Below are positions 1 through 14,424 of a stretch of DNA of 64,000 nucleotides, one piece after another; the first letter of the stretch is position 1; every line of letters begins with the position of its first letter. The DNA is from Marsupella aquatica (taxonomy: Eukaryota; Plantae; Marchantiophyta), in contig OZ316897.1 of assembly GCA_973895155.1 (NCBI GenBank), forward strand, positions 21,675,455 to 21,739,454. The letters are read 5' to 3'. A program made the position numbers and the translations under genes. The notes below the pieces were generated by a model that did not search any database, was not told where the DNA came from, and saw nothing but the letters and a program-made list of their open reading frames with translations.

Positions 1-1056
1 CCTCTTAAAGATTTCAAAGTGGGCATACTAAGAACAAACCAACGTTGTATTGCTTTTGGAGATTGTGGCGAAAGGTACTGCCAATTTCCTCGTTGCTACT
101 GTGAAAGTAGAGCTTCTTCATAGCACGTTACATTCTGTCGTAGTTTCTCGTCGCTATCTTCCTTACTGCTGCAATTACTGCTGGCCTGCATGATCGAGAC
201 ATGTACAGGCATAAATGGCTGTAGTACTTCTTCTACCCGGGGATAGAACAATCGTTGTGGATGCAGCCAGAACGATATTCTCTTAAGCTGGAGACGCTCG
301 ACGGCTAGAAAGCAACTTTCAGTAGGTTCTGGTTTAGTCGATCAGCTAGCTAGAGTGGCAGGCCCAGAAACTTCCAGCATTGCACTTCAATGCAATTGGA
401 ACGCACATATACACCAGGAGTGATAGCTAGACAGCCGTGGCGTGCTACCTTGCTCACGTGCATGTCAATCTGGGTAGTTGGCCACAAGCAAGGGATGTTG
501 ATGAAAGGTAGTTTGACTCAGATATCATTCGTCTTGAATTGGCAGGAATCTCATACTTTAAATAGATGACATCTCAGTCGAGCGGAATATATCCGCAAAC
601 GTAGCACGTTGCAGAGTAGTTCAAGCATTATGTGTGGATACAGAAGATCAAATGGAAGCAAGCTGGCATTAATTGAGGTATACCTGCCTTGCCTGCAAAG
701 ATTTCTGGACGAGTGCTATATGATCCTCCCTCCGATGAATTATCCAGGGTGCCTTCTCTGTCTTCTATCGGTCAGTCAAGACTTGTGTTCCCTCCTGCCA
801 TCGCATTCCTTCCTGGAGTTGATTGAAAAATGTGCGACCAACAACTTATTGAAAAGGGAGCTCTCAGCATGACATTTCTGCTGATCTGAGAATCTGCAGT
901 CACTGACCTACTTAGATAAGAAAAGATCGAATTGCCGCTGGCTCATATACCTTTTGTTTGGTCTTCTCAGGCACTCTGGAATTTAGTAAATCTAGAGCTC
1001 AGGAGTCCGGCAGTGAAGTCAGCTGAGCTAAAGCGATCGTGGCAAAGATTGAATTG

Positions 1057-4000
1057 ATGGAACTGCTCAGACTTTGGGAGGAGGCGATGGCAGGACTCGT
1101 GCACCGGTTCAAGCCGATAATAATGCAGGGACTCTTCAGCGTGCCGGCACTGGGACTAGCGGTGGGATTGTTCGTATCGTGGGTGTGGCTGCATCGGTAT
1201 CGGCAGCGACACTACCTTGGACCCAAGACTTGGCCGATACTGGGATGCTTGGTTGAGCAAGCCCGGAACTTCGATGTGCTTCATGACTGGCTTCTTCAGT
1301 ACTTCCGGAGAGGGGTACTCACATTCCCCGTTCCCATGGTGAATATCAACAACACATTCACAGCCGACCCCAACAACGTGGAGCACATATTGAAATCCAA
1401 TTTCGTCAACTATCCAAAGGTAAATGGACAGTAATTGAGCTAGCCATAGCCGAGCTAGCTGAAGTTTCTTGCGTTCAAGGCAGTTCATGCACAGACTTTC
1501 GTCAATTTGAGGTCACTTATTCCTAGAAAGAAAAAGACTGTCGGAGGAGAAAACAGGCAGGTCTACGTACTTACAGGCGATTGTTCTTGCAATCTGGTCG
1601 TTGGAATTGAGCTCACTTAAACGAAAAAATGGAATGTATGCTCCACATTCATAAGCACTTTATGAGCGTTGACAATCTACATCTGGAGCAATTGCTGTCC
1701 AAAACTATCCTTCACTCTCTTCGCCAAGGACTTCGAAGTTTCATCATGGTCGTTGACTGGCTACAGTAGCTAAGGTGCAAGGTCTATGCATGCGGACACG
1801 TACAGCTGAGCGCTCGTCAAGAGACAACAATTTAGTAGTCATTTCTAATTGAATTCAATTGTTCCAAGTCCTCTTTAACAATTATGGGCAAGAGCCGAGT
1901 GAGTTTCATTTGTTTTATGGGTGTCTGGTGTCATCTCGTGAATGGCCTTAGTTAGCCATATATTGCAGGAATGATTCATTGTAGCAAGCAGCTAGCGCTC
2001 CGGAGTCATAATCAGCAGTTCTCTCACTTTACAGTGCCTCGCATTTATTAGAACCGCCATATGGATCACTCGATTGAATTCCAGTACATCATTCATCTCA
2101 CTTTTGCTACTTTCTTGTGGTGTCCCTTCCGGCCCTGCCAAATCCGTCTCTTGGAAAATTAGATTTCATCATTGAAGGATTAAAGTAATATGGTTTCTTT
2201 TGGTGTTCGTCAATATTCCATGTCCTATCTAACGGTGCAGGTGGGTTGGCTAAATTAACGGAGATTTGGTCGGGTGGTTCTTTGATTTGTCATCCACACA
2301 TGCAGGGGGAGAAAATACGGGAGCGGTTCATTGACTTGGTGGGGCTAGGAATCTTCAACGTAGATGGGGAAATGTGGAGGCATCAGCGCAAGGTAGTGAC
2401 AGTGGAATTTTCATCGTCCAAGCTCCGTGAGTACAGCATCCATACATTTCGAGAGGAGGCACTCAAGTTGGTGCAGGTCCTCGCAATCGCTTCCGCGCGT
2501 GGGCAACCTATCGACATGCAGGTAAGTCACTCTGCATACTTACATACATATGATAAATTACACCAGGCAGCTTCATTTAACTGTAATTGTTCGGACTGAG
2601 AGTAACAACTTACTCACATGTGCATGCTAAGCCCTTGGAATCAATCAAAACTAAGTGCTCTTGGAGTCTCGGGTCGAAGCCATGATGTTGTAACCTACTC
2701 AGCAGAGTTACAACAAGTATGGCCTCTTCTCGGGTAGTCACGCGGATCTGAGTGTCCCAAGCCAGAGCTCTAGTCCTTGAACTTACTGCTGCTGGAAGTG
2801 AAACAGTCATTTCGGACGTCCTTTGTATGTGTGGCATGCCACGAGGCCAACAGTGGACCTAGTCAGAGAAACCGATGAAAACTGTAAAAACCGCTTGAAC
2901 TGGAGATATGAATATCTTGGTCGAGTATGCCCTCTGCTGATGAAAGACTATAGATACCTGGCATCAGGATCATGAGAAAGGTCGATACCACTCTTTGTCA
3001 CCTCCATTGTGACTGGCTCTTAGCTTCAGTCATCGAAATCTATGTCCACTGGTGTCCCAAAGTCGATGTGGTCTGGGTGTTAAACCAACTAATTCATAGT
3101 TAGTTTATTCATTCTAAATTGTAATGCAGGATTGTTTCATGCGACTCACTCTAGATTCGATTTGCAAAGTCGGTTTCGGAGTCGACATAGGTTACTTGAC
3201 ACCAGAGCTTCCAGCTCTCCAATTTGCCACCGCCTTCGACGAAGGACAGCGTCTGATTATCAGGCGCTACATAGATGTGCTTTGGAAAATCAAGAGGGTC
3301 CTCAATATCGGCGACGAAGCGCAGCTGAAGAGCTGCATTAGTGTGATGGATACGTTCCTGTACGACATCATAGATAAACGTAGAAGCGAGTTTCAAGGAG
3401 ATCAAAGCAAACAGGTGTGTCCTACTTATGTACTCGAACACTTCTGCAGTTTCCTAAGCTCCCGTTCAAACTTTATCTGTTGATGCGCTCCCCGATCGTT
3501 GGTTTAAATGCGGTGACTTATAATTGCAAGTTATTTTATCTCCAGGGAGGGATGGACATTCTGTCACGTTTCATGTCGTTGAGCGACAGCGACGAGGCGT
3601 ATAGCGATGAGCGTTTACGTGATGTTCTGGTCAACTTCATCGTCGCTGGCAGAGACACGACGGCCCTCACTCTTTCGTGGTTCTTCTACGAGCTATGCAG
3701 AAACCCACAGGTGGTGGAAAACATAGTCTCCGAACTGAAGACTGTTCTGGAAGGAATTCCAGATGAGAATGACGATGTGCCCGATTTCGGGTCTCCCGGA
3801 TTTTTCGACAGAGTCGTCGAACTCGCAGATCAGCTCACTTACCAAAACTTGAGCAAGATGTATTATCTTCATGCTGCTCTTAGTGAAGCTCTTCGGCTCT
3901 ACCCAGCCGTGCCCCTGGTGAGTAAAGGCTAACTGTGTAATATTTTCAGCTTAAGTTTCGAGACCTTTCAATTCGTTGAAGGACTGTACTACTGTGTGCT

Positions 4001-6367
4001 AGTATTTGCTGCGGATTCATCTTCGATAGTACGTAGTATAGTACAAGTATTATATTATTGTGAGTGAGATCGTAGTTCAATAGTAGAATTGTAGCTCCAG
4101 GTTGAATGTCCATTTCGGTCGTAAATGCTGGAAGCTAGCTAGGGGCAGATTCGAGATCCTTCGGAAACGCAAGACTGAGACTGCACCTTCAGCTCCAGAT
4201 CGTTACAATAATAATTCAATGAATCGGACATGAAGCTGAAAAGCTGATGTATGGTCGGAAAGATAGTCTGAATACAACGGGAGTAGTTGAGTTCCAAGAG
4301 TTGGTAGTTGATATATTCAAAAGCACTCTTAGGGTCTCGTCTCCTTTGATCTTGAACAGCCAGCCAACGTTGCGATGCGTACGAAAGGTTTGATATCTAT
4401 ATATACATAAAAGTAGCCCTGACTTGAATGGTACCATCTCGGTCCCGACAAAGTGTGTGGGCCCAAAACATGCAACTACTTGAGGAACGGATGGTAGACT
4501 GGCAAATATAATTAATCGTACCTTTGGAACCACAGTTATCTGTTCCTTCCATAGTAAAAGACGAGCGAACTTAACTTTAGGCAAGATTTCGATGGACGTA
4601 CTGAGCCGCATACGTACTGAAGTACTTTTGCTGCATGGATTCAGGAGACAAAAGAGGCAGCTGGAGATGACATCTTTCCTGATGGCACGCGAATCAGGCG
4701 AGGAGAGTTCGTGAGCTACTCATCTTACTCAATGGGAAGGTTGAAATGTATCTGGGGTCCAGACGCGATGGAATTCAAGCCAGAGAGGTGGCTCAAGAAC
4801 GGGGTGTTTCAGCCACAATCCCCCTTCAAGTTTACGTCATTCCAGGTGGGTACAGCTCTATTGCTTGTTGCAACTGACTATCTTCCTCTCGTCGATCACA
4901 ACACTCATTCGAGTGTTTTCTTCTGGAATGAAATAATGTTGCCTTAGCTAGTACGCTGATCGAGTTAAGACGCGCCAAGAATCGTGCTGTTCGCCTTAAA
5001 TGATATCTGTACCGATCGATCATACTTTGGAGTACAGTATAATTATGTATATTCCGCGGTTGGCTGTGCAACGTTAACGCTATCAAAAACGTTTTCTACT
5101 CACCTTGAAAATATGTCTAATGCACCGTCCTTCCGTTGTATCCGTTTGAAGGACTTGTGTATTGTACAGAGAGGTATAAATTATACATGTACTATACATT
5201 CTGTCGGGCTTGCTGGTAACCCTGAAGCCGTCCTTTTCAACTTCATCTCTCATGTCCCATATCACTTCCCTGCAGCATTTAAAGAATAGGACTAATTTAC
5301 TTTTCGGCAACTGAACATGCAAGTTAGGTAAGGAATGCCTCCCAACATTTCATTATTTAATGCTAGCGATTGCCTTCCGATCCCTTTCCTATCAGATTTG
5401 GTACAGTAGTTGGCTGAATCAACCTAGCTCTAGCTCCTTGTCAGGAGATCTGCCTTGCCCACTATTTATGCGTGCATTCAATTTAGCTTGGTAAGGCAAG
5501 AAACCAATGGCTTTGAGCGGCAGCTATATCGGTACTGTATAGTATGTCGTAGAGGCCGTCCCTGACTAACCAGCAGGATCACCGACGCGTCATAGCCCGG
5601 GCTCCGAATCCATCGCTAATGCCAGTACACATAGAGGCCAGGTGGTGCTGCGAGCACGAGCGAGCAGCCTCTAAGGGATCCGGCGTCCAGGCCAGTGATA
5701 TATATAGAGGAGCTCAAATGAAACCTGCATGATTGAGCAGAGTCTTGATAACTTGAAAACCGTCATATCAATTATAGAGCATTTCGATCCGATTTAAAGC
5801 CACAAGAGGGAGAAGAGGAAAAGCGGGTGATAAACTGTGATGCAAGGAAGATGTTGATGTTCCGAAAGAAAGGCCGAGTTGTATGAAAAGTAACGTCTAC
5901 CTCAAAAAACAGAGAGCGTGAATAGTTGCAATAAATATAGTACCTTAAGATGGATGGCTCACAGATTTTATCGGTATCACCAAAAACAACAGAAACAACT
6001 TCGGAGGGAGTGTTCATCTGTCAGAAAGACTTTAGGAGTTGAGAATGCTTGCAATTACAGTAGACTGAAATTGATGGCAGCCAACCTTTCTGACGACCTC
6101 CTTGTCCGGCTTTGATGTTGAATTGCACGTCTTACATCGACGAATGACTCCAAAATGGTCGCCGATCGATGATTAATCAAGCAGGCAGGCCCGAGGATAT
6201 GTCTGGGGAAGGACTCAGCGTACCTCCAGATGAAATTGACGACGGCTCTCCTCTTGCGGTTCTTCAGATTCCATCTCGTGCCAGGCGACGCCCCACCCAA
6301 GTACGTCATGATGGTAGTTCTCTACATAGCGAACGGAATACGCCTCAGAGTCTCCCCGAGATCATAA
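1057..6367 (+). CDS. CYP704: Cytochrome P450, CYP704 family (CYP704B-like fatty-acid omega-hydroxylase, clan 86), 6 exons, ~539 aa
   Basis: Exons 1057-1419, 2306-2521, 3130-3414, 3546-3917, 4645-4845 and 6185-6367, all with GT..AG phase-0 introns. Motifs: N-terminal TM plus GPKTWPILG, ADPNNVEHILK..F.NYPKG, GIFNVDGEMWRHQRK, I-helix AGRDTT, K-helix EALR, PERW, and heme motif FQ/AGPRICLGKDSAYLQMK. Exon 6 is not in the ORF track in this frame and was translated manually. Confidence 0.93.
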
Positions 6368-7724
6368 ACGGATCGAACGCCACCCATCTCTCTCCTTCGT
6401 CGAACTTCATGAGTTGCACCCAGCCGTCTATTCCCTATTTATTATTAAGCCCATTACAACCACCAGGTGCTGCTATGCTACTGAGTTGCCCAGCCGGGTG
6501 GCTGTATGCGGCCCTTCATACATATATTCAAATCTCTGGAACAGCTGACACTACAGCTGACACACAGTTCAGATGATTCTCGTTCGAGCTTGGGATTCAG
6601 TTTAGCTCTACACCTTCTGATAAATTTCCACCCATAGATAAATATGAAATACTTGTCAAATGCCAGTGCGCAAGATCAGCTAGGGCTAGCCACGGAAGGT
6701 GACGGATATGGAGGCGAGGAGCAGAGGGCTGGCACGGACGGCAAGACACGGTGGTGTCACAGGCAGATCGAATGGTGACAAGAAAAACAGTTTTTTCAGC
6801 TAATGACCAGGATTTCTTCGTAGATTTCTCGGTTGACAGAAGATTGCATTGGCACAATGGGCGGGATTGAATATAACAGTGTCTAGATATTAAGGTGAGA
6901 GAGCGACTGAATATCGTAGTGTGTGATATTAAAGTGTGAGGATAAAGCTCTACATTTATTTAGCTCTCATAGACAGCTTAATTCCCCAAACCACTACCAT
7001 ACATACATTGCATTTCATGGAGCTTGTGGTCCCGGCAAAGGGTAGGAGAATAACGTGATCCTGATCGAGCAGGACTCTGCTAAGTTTGTATCTTGAAAAT
7101 TATAGCACTTGGATGATCTCCTCGAGCCCGAAGGTGTACATGGTCCGCCTATGCCACCCCCAGATGATCTGGAGGGGGCTAGAATTTGAGGCGGTGCTTT
7201 CAGATACAAATAAAACTCCGCCAGTTTGCCGAGTACAATTAGTACCGTGTACAGTCAGGATTGGTGGCCGGCGGGTCTGCAAATAGGACTGCTCATTCAA
7301 TAGCACAGTACGAGAGCTATGAGAAGGAATCGAAGGCATGGGGAGCGAGACTCGGCATGTGCTTCTTCAACATCAGTCAGGATGCATGGAGAAGTCCGAC
7401 CCTGCTGACATGAATTCACGAGGGCAGCATCGATGGCGTCCCATCTATCTGTCTTTCCGGTGGTAGCTAACTGGATGGGCTCTAAGCTGTACAAATACGT
7501 CCAGCTCAGACAACTTACCTTGCTGGTACAGCTTCTAAGCATGCGCCCCTGCGTGCTGAACTATTTAATAAATGGATTAGGTGGGAGAAGACTGCCTGGT
7601 GTAAGAGATGTATAAATATCTGCTGGAGTAACTACAGTTGAAGGAGATCGATCTGCTATAATGGAAAAGTAGGGATTGTAAGAAATGAACTAATGAACAA
7701 ACATTCATCTACTATTATAATAAC

Positions 7725-8908
7725 AAATCCCGCCAGTTTTAGTTTTTCAATACAAAAATGAAAAAGACGGGAACAATACTAAGCCATCAAATATTCTCTA
7801 AAATTATTTATAATGACTCTTGGATTGAGTGAGATGGGAACCTAAAATTGACTATAAGTTATACTACAAAATAGATATGTAAGTTATAGTACAAGGTAGA
7901 TATAATATGTTATAAAATACTTGCATGTGATACTGTAATAATTTTGTAGGTTACTTATAATATTTTTTGGCATGAAATATTAAAGTGAAAGTATATTATT
8001 TTATGGTCTATTAATTTAGAGTACATTTGGCATGGGGCATGAAAGTGAAAAGATTTACTTGAGATAATGGTTTTGGTAGGGATCAAGCACTAAGGGGAAG
8101 AGAGTAAGTTGACATTATATTATTTTTCCTTTTTGCTCTTAAAAAGTAGATTTAACTCATTGGAAGTTAGTTAATTTTTAGTTATCTTGCATGGACCCCA
8201 ATTTCTATTTTGCGCAATGATATCTTTCACTCAACAAAAGTTTCTGTGTAATAATGTATTTTAACAATTATTATTTTTATTCAACGATTACCTTTTGCAC
8301 CACGTACGATCTATTAAATCCCGCCAGTTTTAGTCTTTCAATACAAAAATGAAAAAGGCGGGAACAATACTAAGCCATCAAATATATATTCTCTAAAATT
8401 ATTTATAATGGCTCTTGGATTGAGTGAGATGGGAACCTAAAATTGACTGTAAGTTATACTACAAGATAGATATGTAAGTTATAATACAAGGTAGATATAA
8501 TATGTTATAAAATACTTGCATGTGTTATTGTAATAATTTTGTAGCTTACTTATAATACTTTTTGGCATGGAATATTAAAGTGAAAGTATATTATTTTATG
8601 GTCTATTAATTTAGAGTACATTTGGCATGGGACATGAAAGTGAAAAGATTTACTTGAGATAATGGTTTTGGTAGGGAGCAAGCACTAAGGGGAAGAGAGT
8701 AAGTTGACATTATATTATTTTGCCTTTTGCTCTTAAAAAGAAGATTTAACTCGTTGAAGTTAGTTAATTTTTAGTTATCTTGCATGGACCCCAATTTCTA
8801 TTTTGCGCAATGATATCTTTCACTCAACAAAAGTTTCTGTGTAATAATGTATTTTAACAATTATTATTTTTATTCAACGATTACCTTTTGCACCACGTAC
8901 GATCTATT
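7725..8908. repeat. Tandem duplication of a ~591-bp AT-rich unit inside the Helitron
   Basis: AAATCCCGCCAGTTTTAG...CACCACGTACGATCTATT occurs at 7725-8315 and 8316-8908, with scattered substitutions and small indels. Confidence 0.95.
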
Positions 8909-9129
8909 TTTCAACAACATCTTTAACCAAACAACATCTATTATGCAACGCACGGGGATTGAAAGGATATCGAGAAAATGGTCATCTTTGCTAAACCCTA
9001 AAATACTAAACCTGAAACCGATAATATAACGTTACTCCAATTTATAGTGGTCGTCATTCAAATGCATGGGCATTTTGGGTAAAAAAACAAAACAAAGAAA
9101 AAAACTGACTCCTTAGTTTCCTTGATTTT

Positions 9130-9947
9130 TTATTTCATAACATCTTTCACAGAACAATAGCTTGGGTGAAACGACACCATTTTTCTTTTAACATCTTTTA
9201 CTTCACGATATCTTTGGCAAAATGACATCTTTTTCTTAATAACATTTTTCACACAATGACATGTTTGGCAAAACTACCCTTTTTTAAGACATCTTTTTAT
9301 TTTGTGACATCTTTCACTTAACAACATCTTGGGCAACACGACATCTTATTTCTTAACAACATCTTTTGTGCAACGCACGGGTATTTTCCGTGAACGATGT
9401 CTTGGCCGACACAACTTTTTTTTCTCAACAACATCTTCGCCAACATGACAATTTTTTCTCAACGACATCTTGGCCGACACAACGTCTTTTTTCTCAACGA
9501 CTTCTTGGCCGACATGACATTTTTTTGCTCAATGATCTCTTGGCCAACACGACATCTTTTTTTCTCAACGTCTTCTTGGCCGACACGACATCTTTTTTTC
9601 TCAATGACCTCTTGGGCGACAAGACATCTTTTTTCTCCACGACCTCTTGGTTGACACTACATATTTTTTTTCAACGACCTCTTGGCCAATACAACATCTT
9701 TTTTTCTCAACGACATCTTGACCAACACAACTTCTTTTCTCTCAATGACCTCTTGGGCGACACGATATCTTTACTCTCAACGACCTCTTAGGCGACACGA
9801 CATCGTTTCTCTCCACGGCCTCTTGGGCAACACAACATCTTTTCTCTCCACGACCTCCTAGGCAACACTACATCTTTTTTCTCCACGACCTCTTGGCTGA
9901 CACTATATCATTTTTCTCAATGACATCTTGGCCGACACAACTTCTTT
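9130..9947. repeat. ~32-33-bp minisatellite (TTTTTCTCAACGACATCTTGGCCGACACAAC-like) in the Helitron 3' part
   Basis: Many degenerate tandem copies are visible, most regular at 9400-9945. Confidence 0.9.
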
Positions 9948-12900
9948 TGTGCAACGCACAGGTATTGAGCTAGTAAATGCATAAATGTCCTCATATGAGA
10001 AACGTCTCACGCATACGGAATGCTCTGGAGTTCCAATGACGGTCCCACGTCAAAATCCCCACGTTGGAATCTCACAAATTCCGTTGGTGGTCACCGGAGC
10101 ATTCTCTATCACGCCAGACATTCCAATTTTCAAACCCACAAATTCAGAGCCAGACATTCCAATTTTCAAACCCACAAATTCAGATTTAAGGTCCATTCCG
10201 GCCTCGCACAAAAAATGTACAATGATATTATGTAACACAAGCCCTATACCAGTGCACTGTGCAAGGAGGGTCGGTCCCATAGGGAGAAAGTGCATGGAAT
10301 GTAAACGTGGGTCCCGAAGCCCTATGCGGAGGTCCTTGCTGCGGGTGGGGATGGAGGGGCATAATGAGTGCACGGGGGTGCACGAAAGGGAGCAAAATTT
10401 GATGTTTGTCTCGTTTCACGATCGGATGGATATGAAAAAAGAGATCATTTAGTCTGACAGTTCAGTTTCATTCCCGCTGATATTCAAATTCGTAACGGGA
10501 CTACGAAGGGAAGTTTAGTGTTAGATGTAAATTGCAGAGTGGCAGAACAGAATCGAAATTTCCATCCAATCTACATAGTACTTTTTGATGAAAAGGGATG
10601 CATAGCCCCGGAAAACTTGATATGGAGCAAATTCAGGGACGTATAATTTATCGTCCGCCATCACACAGCAAGTTAAAGGAATTCTTCGACGATGATGTGC
10701 ATCTTATGAATGTCGGGGCACAGAGCTCCGGACAGCAGTCGAAATGAATACAAAAGTTTACGCTGTCCCAAATCTCAACCTTTCTTTCCTTTACGAATTG
10801 CCATTGCATGCACAATGCGGAAGTTGTTTAAGTTTTTGAGTTCTGCTCTACAAGTTTCCAAGCAGAAGTTGCTTAGGGTTTTTCTGTTCGGACAATGCAA
10901 CCAGCACTACCTTTTATCACAAAAACAGTCAACTCGGTGTGGCAGTTTTCGGGGACAATTACCGAATCACCTCAGGCCCAGAATTGTTGTTCTGAGGGCG
11001 TCCCTTGGTAGATGGCGGCAACTACTCTTGCCTTCCACGACGCCTCTCCCATAACAGGAAAAGGAGGGCAAGTACAACCAATGATTGGTTTGTGTACCCA
11101 GTTCAAATTAGCAATTGCAGAAGCGTCCTCTAGACTTCCACAAAACTCATCGTCTCCGTTGGTGCTTTATGATGGTTAAGAATTCGCATGTCCCTCAGTC
11201 GGCTCAATATAATATTGCCTGCACAACTATATGTGAATTTCTAGGTAATCATTCTCTATGAGGATGCTTCGTAAGTGCTCCCTATGGTCGTCAGAACTTG
11301 ACAATATTGACAAGCCCTTGGTCGAACGAATAAGGTATCAATCTGCGTGCATAGACGTTTTCTCGAATTCACATCTCACGAAGGCAATCACAGTGCTTGA
11401 ATTGGCACTCAATTCTCTACTCAGTTTCACATCAAGACAAATTGGTAACTGTCACCCACCCAAATTAGGCTCACTGGGACAATGCAATTGAAAGAAAACA
11501 GAGTAGAGCATTCACAATTGAAGGCAAGGACGAAACTAAGTGAAAGCGAACTGGATGTGGACAAATTGCCTTGCTTGCGTTAGTCCGTGACTGGGTTTTG
11601 CTTCTTAATTAGCGTCACATGTGTGTGACTATATCTCAAACGAATCGTGCCCAGGGAGACTTCATACTAGTCATCGTTCACCACAGCACCTACATAGAGT
11701 AGATCATTCCTGTTAACTCTAACTTGTACACGGGCCTCACCGAAGATCCAACGCCATGATTAGGATGAATGAGTTCACAAACAAATTTGAAGTGATAAAC
11801 ACTCGAGTAATTTGAATAAATCAATCAAGTTAGTGATCGAGCAGACCGGCCAATATATTTAAGGCTTGCTAGATCACCTTCTAGCAGGAACAGCATGTAC
11901 TTGAAGTTCCTCTCTAACAATTGAAGCTCTGCTGGATCGAAGTCACTAACCCTTGAACTTAATAAGACGTAAGCTTGAATTAAAACTTCCTAACTCGGTC
12001 TTCTCAACTATGGCTATGATATACTAGCTAACAGGGAATTAGAAATTGGAGTTGGGAAAGTCCTACTAGCCTGACACGTACCCTTTCGTAATTATCTATT
12101 TAGAGCCTAGGGTCTCATGATATTATGAAGTGTCTTTCCAGGCATTGCAGATACATCATCTGCAATTACAAGTTGGTATGTGAGGACAGTGTATTCACAG
12201 GGAGTGACACCTCGCGTAGCCAAACTGAGACAATTTTCAAAGCTCTAGACAACCTATAGCTGAAGAGTTTATCAGAGGGTCCTATGAAAAAGGCGACAGC
12301 ACTGCTGTAGCCATTAGAAGAAAACTGTCAAAAACTATGCTGATGAACAAGATGAGACATGTTGCTCTCGATAGATAATACAACCCTCAACGAACTGTGA
12401 AACGTCGTCTTTTTTTGGCTCCCAAAACCTTAGTTTGCATTGAAGAGGATGGTCTACTCTTATCTCTCGAATGGTGGTCCCAATTCACTGTTTCTAACTA
12501 GTTCAAGTTCGTGATCGAGAGCTAAAGTACTGTACCACTCGTAGTCAGCAGCTACGTCAAACGGCAGTGTGGCCCCCTCATGGTCGAGTCAGGACGACCA
12601 CTTGCGTGCAGTTTATAAAGCTCAAGATTTTTCCCATCTGGAGGCCACTCGCGCATCTTCCTTCAGACGAGCAATCGTACAGAAACATCAGAATGACATC
12701 AATTTTTCTACAATGCATCCAATTCTGTGCGCGATTAGACTTCGAGTACGTCGGGATTACTAACTAAGAATGTTGCTACACCGTTAAGTTTTTCTAAACT
12801 ATGATATAGTTCTCGGCGTGTACGAATTGCTCGGAACGGATTAAGTCCGCTCCGTAGCAATCGTCCTGGTAGCTTTAATGCATAATGGTTGCTGTAACTA

Positions 12901-13129
12901 GAAAAAACTGGGATCCTAAATACCAATCACACCAGGTCGGTGACCAAGCTAGGGCTACTGGTCACACACCAAGCTAGAGGTGGTCACACTAAATGAAACA
13001 AAACTCTCTCTTTTTGACCTCGTTCTAGCCTTCAACCACTACCCTACCACAGCTCCATTACTAGGCCTTCGTTTCATAGTAAAGCACGAGCGAGCTTCCA
13101 GGCGAGATTTCGATGGACTTAATGTGCCC

Positions 13130-14215
13130 CGAGGAGAGTTTGTGAGCTACTCATCTTACTCAATGGGAAGGTTGAAACGTATCTGGGATCTCGACGCGAT
13201 GGCATTCAAGCCAGAGAGGTGGCTCAAGAACGGGTTGTTTCAGCCCCAATCTCCGTTCAAGTTACGTCATTCCAGGTGGGTGCTACTCTCTTGCTCGTTG
13301 CAACTGACTCTATTCACCTCATCGATCACACCACTCATTCGAGCGTTTCCTTTCGGAATGAAAAATAAATGTTGCCTTAGCAACTACGCTGAGATGCAAC
13401 CTTGAGAGTTAAGACGAGCCAAGAGTCTTGCTGCTCGCCTTAAAAAGACTTGTGTACAGATCATACAGTTGAGTACAGTATAATATATTGTCCATTCAGC
13501 CTTGGCTGTACAACGATACCGTTTTCAGAAGCGTTGTTTACTCAACGGAGAGTATGTCTACATGCATTGTCCTTCCGTTGTGTCGGTTTGAGGCACTTCT
13601 GTTTTGTACAGAGAGGTATAAATTGTTCATATACGTTCGATCTGTCTGGCGTACTGGCATAATCTGACTTGGGAGTAACCCTTAAACTATCCTTTTCAAC
13701 ATCAGCTCTCATCTCCCGCACCACTTCACTGCATAAGTGAAGAATTCGAATAATTTACTTCTCGACACCTTATGCTTCCCGACACCTTGGAAAGGTATAT
13801 CAATTTAATGCTGGTGAAATCTTGCTTGCCGATGTCTTACTGTACAGTGTAATGTCGTAGATGCCGCCCGTGACTGACCAGCAGGATCGCCGACGCGTCA
13901 TAGACCTGCAAATCCTTTTCTCCGAGGAATGCAGTACACTCAAAGCCAGGTTGGGTGTCCAGGCCAGTGCCAGGTGCGCGGAAATTAATGAGCATGAGCC
14001 CGTGACAACTCGCAAATTATTAGGAAGGCCGCAAGAGGGACAAGCGAGTAATAAACTGCCATGATGTAAACAACATGTTGATGTTCAGAAAGAGAGGATG
14101 AGTTGAACCAAAAGTGACGTCTAACTGAAAAAATCGAGAACGAAAGTGCTTGCAATTGCACTAGATTGAAGATGGATGGCAACCGCACTGACCACCTCCT
14201 TGTCTGTGATGTTGT
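13130..14215 (+). pseudogene. Partial duplicate of the CYP704 gene (3' part of exon 5 plus intron 5)
   Basis: 13130-13275 encodes RGEFVSYSSYSMGRLKRIWDLDAMAFKPERWLKNGLFQPQSPFK, matching 4699-4845, with a 1-nt deletion near the end. The following sequence parallels intron 5 (4846-~6120). No exon 6 follows. Confidence 0.9.
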
Positions 14216-14424
14216 TATGCACACCGTATGCGTGAGCACGTCTACGAATTTATGCACAACAACATCACAGCCGTCTTGTCGACGAGGATGGTAGCACATC
14301 AAACTTTGGTAGTCTGAGTTCAAGTTGGGTGCGGTCATGTGTGTAGACCTATTCGCATTGCGAGCATTCGCACAATAAAGTGGAAATCTGGTTGGGATCA
14401 AAAGAAGAACTTCTTCATAAAACT

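Larger units (their letters stand above)
7708..9973 (+). mobile_element. Non-autonomous Helitron
   Basis: 5' end TCTACTATTATAATAAC at 7708, preceded by A. 3' end hairpin TGTGC-AAC-GCACA (~9948-9960), then CTAG (9970-9973) followed by T. No TSD. AT-rich interior with tandem repeats and no Rep/Hel ORF. Confidence 0.85.

Noticed and set aside
4846-6184. CYP704 at first looked truncated, with no heme motif in the ORF track
   Set aside because: Manual translation found exon 6 (AGPRICLGKDSAYLQMK) at 6185-6367. The listed ORF 6169-6576 is the wrong frame.
6580-6995. Possible MITE downstream of CYP704
   Set aside because: Terminal inverted similarity is weak and there is no clear TSD.
9130-9947. 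Regular ~32-bp repeats resembling a CRISPR array; ORFs 9366-9791 and 9397-9654
   Set aside because: The units are contiguous with no unique spacers, there are no cas genes, and the context is eukaryotic. It is a Helitron minisatellite, and the ORFs are repeat artefacts.
11450-12076. Possible solo LTR (TGTCA...TGACA)
   Set aside because: The flanks GTAAC and CGTAC do not form a TSD and there is no second copy in the window, so support is insufficient.
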